This document shows positions 57,756-64,000 of a stretch of 64,000 bases of DNA, piece after piece (the first letter of the stretch is position 1; each line of letters opens with the position of its first letter). The stretch lies in the IMG/VR virus record IMGVR_UViG_3300031992_000007, positions 1-64,000 of that record; one strand, written 5' to 3'. A program made the translations under genes and the position numbers. The stretch is from a virus (taxonomy: Duplodnaviria > Caudoviricetes). The notes below the pieces were generated by a model that was given only the letters and a program-made list of their open reading frames with translations, was not told the DNA's origin and ran no database searches.

Positions 57756-60569
57756 TTACATATCGAAGTTGAGTTCGTCTCCACCTCCACCACCTTCGCC
57801 TCCCTCACCGCCTTCTCCACCTGTTTCACCACCTTCCTCTGTACCAGAGTCAGTAGTGGTCGTTTCAGATGTAGGAGTGTAAGTAGACCCAGCACCTTCA
57901 CCGTTGTTGGTCTGATCAGCAAGTTGGTTAAGTCCCATCTTGGCGATGTTGTCCATACGACGTTTGAAGTTGTTGAGGAACATAATGAGTTTGGCAGGCT
58001 GTTCAGTAGAGATCTCCTCGATATCAGGAATGTCAGCGATCTCATGGAACCCAAGACGAGGCAAGAAGTCTCGAATGAGCTTAGCCTTAGCGACTGCTCT
58101 GACCGAAGCCATAAGAGACCTGACGTCGTCATTAGGAGCGACATCATCAGGATAGATGCACTCGAGTATCTTGTCTATAGCGTCAACCTGAGCATTGATC
58201 TCCTCGAAGTGAGCTTTGTTACCAACCATATTCGGCGGAGGAAGAAGGAGTTCGACAGTGCCTATAACTCTCTTAAGAGCTTCCTCTACATCCTCATCGT
58301 TGGAAGGATCCTGAGTTGTAACTTCCTTCTCATCGTCCTTCTCGGCTTCTTCGATACCGACCTTAGTCTTAGTCTTCTTGCCATCCTTGTCATCGTGGAT
58401 GATCTTGCGGATCTCTTCCAGCAGGCTATCATGAGCCAGGATGTAGTTCATCAAGAAGATCTTGACCTGAGGTTTGATCATGTTCTGCCAGTTACGGACA
58501 GCATTGGAGAAGAACAGGTTGGAAGTCGCAACAGACCTGGAATATTCAGCCTCACTGAGCTGATTGAGAACAGAAGGAGGAACCTTAAGGGCAATACCTA
58601 TCCAGTTGTTCAGAGTATCCATCAAGTCCTGATCAGGAGCTTGAGACTGACCATACGAAGTCTCAGTTGTGATGTTCAGGTCATCCGTGTTACCAAGGAG
58701 GCCTTTAGGCACAATAGAGAGATGTTGATTCAGGATGTTCTCTGCAGCAGTTGAAGGATCAGTCGGGAACTGAGGAACCTTCTTAGCCATCCAGGCATTG
58801 CGGACGATATTGAGAGTGCCCAGAACATTCTGGTTCTTCTCATCGACGTTCACCTCGATACGTCTATGCTTGGTGGCGTTGTCCACAGCCGCCATGATCT
58901 TGGCTATGGTCAACGTAACACGCAGACCAAGCAGATAGGCTATGTCCTCAAGGAAGGTCTTGCCTGTACCATCCTCACGATGAGCGAACCTGATGTAGGT
59001 CATCATCGGTGCAGGGACGAATACAAGTTTGATCTTGTTCTTGGCAAGGAGATTGAAGAACAGACACTTACCCACAGCTTCGTGGACATGAATGTCCAGT
59101 CCAGTAAGACCCTGCTTCTTAAGCTTAGACTCAAGAAGGTGGTTGACAGCGACAGCGAAGACTTGCGTCATCTGCTGAAGCACATCACTAGTCTGTACAC
59201 CAGACTCCTTGTAGGTCTGCATGGTTATGCCGCCATAGACAGCCTTAGCTGCATTGGTAGCAAGCTTGTTGGTAGCATCGGTTGTAACACCACCATTGAA
59301 GACATAGTTACCACGAGCAGGTTGACCATTCTCATCCAGAGCAATGTAGTAGCCAATGTGGTTCTTGTTATCCCTAGGAGCACAGACAGGAATGACTGCG
59401 TCACAGGGAAACTCAATCACGATAGGCATATCGTTCTCGGCTGTCTTGATAACATCCGAAACAGTGTACACTGGGAGTTGGGGTCTTCCAGTTGCATCAT
59501 CAGTGGGATTGAACCCACGAATCAGAGACATGGCTTCCCTGGTAAGTTCATCCAATTTAGCACTGGCTTCTTTCCTACCTTTAGTAAGCTGACGGATGTC
59601 CCTGGTGATGGTTATTGCATCGTGGTTGTCACTCGTTCTGAGAAGTTTGAAGGCTCCTTTAGCAAGGGCTTTAGCAAGCTGATCAGCTGAGGAGTAAAGT
59701 TTCTTTTCGGATTCCGACTTACCCTCAAGGGAGATGTGTTCTTTACCAGCGTTGCTCTTCTCGATGAGAGCAGCAGCCAGTGTCTCCATAGAGGCTTCCA
59801 GTTCCGAGAAGTTTTCAGGGATATCCATCTCATCAAGAGAGGGGACATTACTCTCTGTAGCAACTCCATCCGGAAGTTTCTTCTTAACAGTCGACCAGCT
59901 AGAGAAATCAACAAGACTCTCTGTAGATGTTACAGCATTGTGCTCATTCTCGAATTCCCTCTTGGCATCCTGGAACTTCTTAAGGGTTTCAGGATCCCAC
60001 TTATCAGCAACCACATTGAGAATATCGAGTTGGTTCTTGGGGAGAACAAGGACAGGTTTAGCACCCTCTTCGAATCCAGCACAACCTAGCCACTCGGCCA
60101 ACCTAGGGCCAAGGGCATACTCCTTGTTGAAATAGTCAGTGAGCTTGGAAGAAATACTTGCATTGACAGACTCGTCCAAACCAGGATGATTAACCTGGAT
60201 GGCAATACTGTCAGTCTGCATCTCCAGAGGTGAGATAATGGAGGAGACGATAATCATCCTTGCATGATCGATCTCAGGAGCCATGATCTTCAAATTCTTC
60301 AGCTCGTCGATCGTCTTCCTAGTATTGGCGGAGATATCCGTCAACGTAGTCATGATCGCATCTTCAGTAAGCTGATCACGCTTCTTCTGAGCACGGTTCT
60401 GAAGAATACCGTCCAGGTGTCTAAGTTCTTGGGTTGAGAACATACCGAAGTGGGCAGTTTCCTCTGTTCCACGTCGACTGTCCGAGATCTCAGCGCTATT
60501 GTTGGTGCCGAAGAATCTTGCGACTCTCGACATCATTCTGTATGCACCTTCAGTAATACTTGACGCCAT
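57756..60569 (-). CDS. portal protein (phiKZ gp129-like)
   Basis: 937 aa; ARMIIVSSIISP, VIPVCAP...HIGYYIALDENGQP, LVFVPAPMMTYIRF...DGTGK, EYSRSVATSNLFF motifs; divergent from the gp128-like gene. Confidence 0.75.
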   Translation of the reverse strand: MASSITEGAYRMMSRVARFFGTNNSAEISDSRRGTEETAHFGMFSTQELRHLDGILQNRAQKKRDQLTEDAIMTTLTDISANTRKTIDELKNLKIMAPEIDHARMIIVSSIISPLEMQTDSIAIQVNHPGLDESVNASISSKLTDYFNKEYALGPRLAEWLGCAGFEEGAKPVLVLPKNQLDILNVVADKWDPETLKKFQDAKREFENEHNAVTSTESLVDFSSWSTVKKKLPDGVATESNVPSLDEMDIPENFSELEASMETLAAALIEKSNAGKEHISLEGKSESEKKLYSSADQLAKALAKGAFKLLRTSDNHDAITITRDIRQLTKGRKEASAKLDELTREAMSLIRGFNPTDDATGRPQLPVYTVSDVIKTAENDMPIVIEFPCDAVIPVCAPRDNKNHIGYYIALDENGQPARGNYVFNGGVTTDATNKLATNAAKAVYGGITMQTYKESGVQTSDVLQQMTQVFAVAVNHLLESKLKKQGLTGLDIHVHEAVGKCLFFNLLAKNKIKLVFVPAPMMTYIRFAHREDGTGKTFLEDIAYLLGLRVTLTIAKIMAAVDNATKHRRIEVNVDEKNQNVLGTLNIVRNAWMAKKVPQFPTDPSTAAENILNQHLSIVPKGLLGNTDDLNITTETSYGQSQAPDQDLMDTLNNWIGIALKVPPSVLNQLSEAEYSRSVATSNLFFSNAVRNWQNMIKPQVKIFLMNYILAHDSLLEEIRKIIHDDKDGKKTKTKVGIEEAEKDDEKEVTTQDPSNDEDVEEALKRVIGTVELLLPPPNMVGNKAHFEEINAQVDAIDKILECIYPDDVAPNDDVRSLMASVRAVAKAKLIRDFLPRLGFHEIADIPDIEEISTEQPAKLIMFLNNFKRRMDNIAKMGLNQLADQTNNGEGAGSTYTPTSETTTTDSGTEEGGETGGEGGEGGEGGGGGDELNFDM

Positions 60570-60609
60570 TGTATGTCCTTGCCTTTCTATAAGAAAAGGA
60601 GAAGTAGAA

Positions 60610-63600
60610 ATGTCACTTTTAGGTACTCTTGCGAACAAGGAAATCAACGACTTCCTGCGCACTGTCACTATCAAGAACGCCTACTTCGCAACTCGTAGCA
60701 GAAACCGTCAGCTTCACGCTAATGTTGCATCGGTTCCGGACAATGTTGTCCCCTACTATAAGCATATAGCTGGAGAGTATATTCTCAAGGAACCTGTAGT
60801 CTGCAAGGTGAAGAATCCTAAGACGGGACTTTATGAGTCTCAGACCTATGCTGCAACTGCCCTCATTATCAACGAAGTGGGTCGTCAAAATCGTGAAGTA
60901 AATAATGCCGACCTCTATGAAGAGTCGGCCTTCGACGAGATGATGTACGTCGTTTCGCTTGATACTGGAGAGGAGATTCCATTCACCCTAGAGAACCTGC
61001 ATGCAGAGTTCGCATCGGATGCTTCTGCAGTCCACGAAAAGACTCTTGAAGCATACAAAATTCCTGGTCGTTATTACGACCTTTTGTGTGAAAAATACCC
61101 AGCACAGGTAGACTTAATCAAAGCCATAGTATATCCTGTTACCGGCGTCCGTGGCATCACGGATGTCGAGTTAAACGAGTACGAAGTTAATGGAGAACCC
61201 CTTCCTGGTTATAAGCAAAGACGGCGTGATGCAATCGTTGCAGCAGCTGACTTTTCATTGCTCGCTTGTGACGAAACTATTCTTGAGGAATTGGAGCGTC
61301 ACGACCTGATAACTTATGCGAAGATGATCCTTCGCAACCTCGATAAGAGGTGGAACATCCAGGAGTTCTGGAAGGAGCAAAATTACCCACTCGTCCTCTG
61401 GACGATTGTGTGGTGTTCTCTGAAGCTAGGTCTCATCACCAGGCGTTACGAAAACATCAAGACTCAGTTTGCTCACTCTAGCCATGTGTGGGACTACCTT
61501 GAGTCCAAGGGGATGGAACCTTATCGTGGTTACTTGACCACGGCTCAGACGAAGTTTCTCTACAAGAACATCGAGTACATTCTCAGGAATAGAGGTAAGC
61601 AGAAAGTTACCAACATTCTTGTAGATGAGTTTCTTTCAGACATCGGACTTAATCTCAAGACGAAGACGATCGTTCTGGATACGACTGACACACTCGATAA
61701 GTCGAAGCTGCACCATATCTCGAATGTCAAAACTCAATGTGCTTCGTGCTCAAGGAGATCCTACTGTCACAAGAACATCACGAACTTCGAATGCCCCAAT
61801 TACCTCAACGTAACTGGACTGTGCGAAGCGCAGCCTATTGTTCTCACCGAGGAATTCGTTGGCGCACGCAAGTCTAAAATCATCGATGCTCTCATTAAGC
61901 AGTATGGTTACTCTGAAGATGATGCTAGAACGAAGTATGAACGTTCGATGATCTGGCGCGATGATGAAGTAGAAGCTATTCGTAGTGACTACGATCGCGA
62001 CCAGCTGACAGATGTCGGCGGTCCTACTGAATCTCTCGATGCTCTTATCCAGAGAGAACACTCATCTGGTCTGGAACCCGAGTACAACCAGAATGTTGTG
62101 GATCAGCAGACTAAGGAACTTCAGCACATAGCTGGAACTGTTGCGCCTACCAAGCTTATCGAGCTTACCAAAAACAAGCCGTCTGCTAAGTATGCTTCGA
62201 TGTTCAACAAGTTCCTTACCGAGACTCTTCTTCACTTGGCTCCTAGACTGTACACTTATGTGGACGACAACGGTAAGACGGTTACGGAAACTCTCACGAA
62301 AGTCTTCAATGACTACAATGTCACTTTCAGGGATGTAAGTACGAACTGTCAGTTGTCGTATGGCGAACTCATCGCCATGATGTACTTGGGCACGATCAAG
62401 GAATACAAGATCGATCTCTTCTTCGATCATGTGTTCGGAGATACTGCTTATGCCAGAGACTGCCAGTACTACCGTGCTGCGGATCTCAGTCTCGAAGGCG
62501 AAGCTTACAAGACAGAAGTAGTTACTCTGAGCAATGCTCTGAAGATAGCTCCTATCTATCCTGGAGATTATGTCATCGGTACAGTTGTTCCTACTGAGGG
62601 TGTTTATGTCAAGGTAGGTGAACGATACGTGCCTTGTCAGGACAGGGTGTTCAATGAAGACACGGACTACTACAAGTTCGATGAGGAAGTGTCTGATTAT
62701 GTCAAGATGACCTCTGGCGACTACGTTGTCGGAGAAGCCGTCAATAGAGACGATGTCTATCTCTGGGCACCTTACAAGATCATCGATAGTCGTCCTACCA
62801 AGCCTCTTGAGATGGCTGCTGGTCATGATCCTCTTACCGACTTCCAGCATACCTGGACTTACGAGTTCCCTGTCCCTGGTGGGGCTAGGATCAAGAACGC
62901 GTTCAAGTTCGGTAGACCTGTTCCACAGCAGGCTCTGGTAGATGCTTGGTACACAGATTCCGATTCCGACTTCGACTACGAGGGTATTATTCCTTCAGAC
63001 CTAGTCGACAAGTGGATTACTGGTGGGGTGGACTTCCATATCCTTACTGTCAATGGTTCTGTGTATGTTGTGACTGCCATAACCAACACCGTCTCTGAGA
63101 TGTGGGAAGGATGGCCTGTCGCCCTGAGGATCGAAGGTATCATCAAGAACAGAGCATTCTTCCCAGCTAGAGATGAGACAACTATCATCCCCAAGTATGC
63201 TCGGTGGTATTCTGACCACCTTCTTCCTGACAGCGATGGTCAAGCGACTAGCTCGACTGATGTTGATGTTATCGAAGATGGTGTTCTTCCTCTAGATGAG
63301 GACTCTGTAACGACCAGTGATGAGCAAGAGACGAAGAAGTTGGTTATCAAGTTCGATGCTAACAAAGGTCGTAAGTACATCCAGTTGGAGATTGAGAAAT
63401 ACTTCGACATGGATAAGTTCCTTAACGACTATGTGGATCTCATGGAGAATGTAACTTCCCAGGAAGCCCTTGGAGCGTACATTGCCAAGATGTTCACTCT
63501 ACTTGAACACACCTTCGTCTACGGAGAATCGTCTCCTTCTATTGAAACCCAAATCTGTGTCAAGGAAGTTCTTGATAGCTGTATGGTCAACATACAGGAC

Positions 63601-64000
63601 TACAAGTTCGACTTGGTTGGAACAGCCAAGACCTCGAAGTGGATCCAAGAAGGTATTTCAAGGTATCCTATCGAGAAGCCACAGAAGTCAGTTGCTTTCT
63701 ACAGTGACTGGCTTAAGAGGACTAAGAATCTTTACGATATCTGCCAGTCTGTCGACAGCAATGTCAATGCTGAGGATATCTGGAAAGAGTTCAACCAAGA
63801 CTGCATCATGGGTGTTCTTGAAGGATGTAACATTCCCTATGTCATCACGGCTAAGGATACAGAGCTGACCGCCAAAATACGTCAGCTGGTAACATCTCTC
63901 AGTAGCTACAAGATCGCGTTCATCGATGGAGACAGCACAGATCGGTTCACTGATTCGATAGTTGCAGTTGTCTCTGGTTCTGCTTTCAAACACCTGACTA
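60610..64000 (+). CDS. large virion/baseplate protein (phiKZ gp128-like), truncated by the window end
   Basis: AAAGGAG RBS, ATG 60610, frame open to 64000 (absent from the ORF track because no stop). Motifs YYKHIAGEY, YVVSLDTGEEIPFT, RRYENIKT..AHSSHVWDYL, FLYKNIEYI..NRGKQ. Confidence 0.75.
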   Translation, partial: MSLLGTLANKEINDFLRTVTIKNAYFATRSRNRQLHANVASVPDNVVPYYKHIAGEYILKEPVVCKVKNPKTGLYESQTYAATALIINEVGRQNREVNNADLYEESAFDEMMYVVSLDTGEEIPFTLENLHAEFASDASAVHEKTLEAYKIPGRYYDLLCEKYPAQVDLIKAIVYPVTGVRGITDVELNEYEVNGEPLPGYKQRRRDAIVAAADFSLLACDETILEELERHDLITYAKMILRNLDKRWNIQEFWKEQNYPLVLWTIVWCSLKLGLITRRYENIKTQFAHSSHVWDYLESKGMEPYRGYLTTAQTKFLYKNIEYILRNRGKQKVTNILVDEFLSDIGLNLKTKTIVLDTTDTLDKSKLHHISNVKTQCASCSRRSYCHKNITNFECPNYLNVTGLCEAQPIVLTEEFVGARKSKIIDALIKQYGYSEDDARTKYERSMIWRDDEVEAIRSDYDRDQLTDVGGPTESLDALIQREHSSGLEPEYNQNVVDQQTKELQHIAGTVAPTKLIELTKNKPSAKYASMFNKFLTETLLHLAPRLYTYVDDNGKTVTETLTKVFNDYNVTFRDVSTNCQLSYGELIAMMYLGTIKEYKIDLFFDHVFGDTAYARDCQYYRAADLSLEGEAYKTEVVTLSNALKIAPIYPGDYVIGTVVPTEGVYVKVGERYVPCQDRVFNEDTDYYKFDEEVSDYVKMTSGDYVVGEAVNRDDVYLWAPYKIIDSRPTKPLEMAAGHDPLTDFQHTWTYEFPVPGGARIKNAFKFGRPVPQQALVDAWYTDSDSDFDYEGIIPSDLVDKWITGGVDFHILTVNGSVYVVTAITNTVSEMWEGWPVALRIEGIIKNRAFFPARDETTIIPKYARWYSDHLLPDSDGQATSSTDVDVIEDGVLPLDEDSVTTSDEQETKKLVIKFDANKGRKYIQLEIEKYFDMDKFLNDYVDLMENVTSQEALGAYIAKMFTLLEHTFVYGESSPSIETQICVKEVLDSCMVNIQDYKFDLVGTAKTSKWIQEGISRYPIEKPQKSVAFYSDWLKRTKNLYDICQSVDSNVNAEDIWKEFNQDCIMGVLEGCNIPYVITAKDTELTAKIRQLVTSLSSYKIAFIDGDSTDRFTDSIVAVVSGSAFKHLT

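Noticed and set aside
1-64000. Alternative genetic code (stop-codon reassignment) as the explanation for the fragmented regions
   Set aside because: Conserved genes are full-length under code 11 and end in TAA, TAG or TGA. The array discontinuities are mostly frame shifts at linkers, not internal stops.
1-64000. tRNA or rRNA genes
   Set aside because: No cloverleaf with T-loop GTTCRA and acceptor stem, and no rRNA-like sequence, recognised by eye in the intergenic regions.

Overview
This 64-kb window comes from a phiKZ-like (Chimalliviridae-type) jumbo bacteriophage genome, read with standard code 11. Homology calls are from motif and synteny recognition by eye; no search was run. Core modules are recognisable: DnaB-like helicase / acidic virion protein / major capsid protein; one half of a split family-B DNA polymerase; RuvC; NAD-dependent ligase; SbcC; terminase large subunit; prohead protease; three baseplate-type genes divergent from the tail sheath and tube; portal; and a large virion protein running off the end. 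Accessory genes include nrdD and nrdG, MYG1, an LpxR-like deacylase, lipoproteins, papain- and transglutaminase-fold proteins and a ClpP-like pair. The main observation is three intergenic arrays (1423-2268, 10854-11913, 56723-57695) holding 21 cassettes of 111-153 nt. Each cassette starts at (A)GGTG (one AGGTA variant) and ends at an invariant GGCTCTCC. Each is an exact multiple of 3 and stop-free in that frame, encoding G-[variable 33-47 aa]-(R/W/G)-L-S. The cassettes have no consistent start codon and are joined by 1-13 nt linkers that often break frame or carry stops. Two arrays are walled off by terminators on both sides, and two paralogous cassettes show synonymous divergence. This pattern suggests a silent library of swappable peptide-coding modules, a possible undescribed diversification system. 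The acceptor gene and enzyme were not found in this window.
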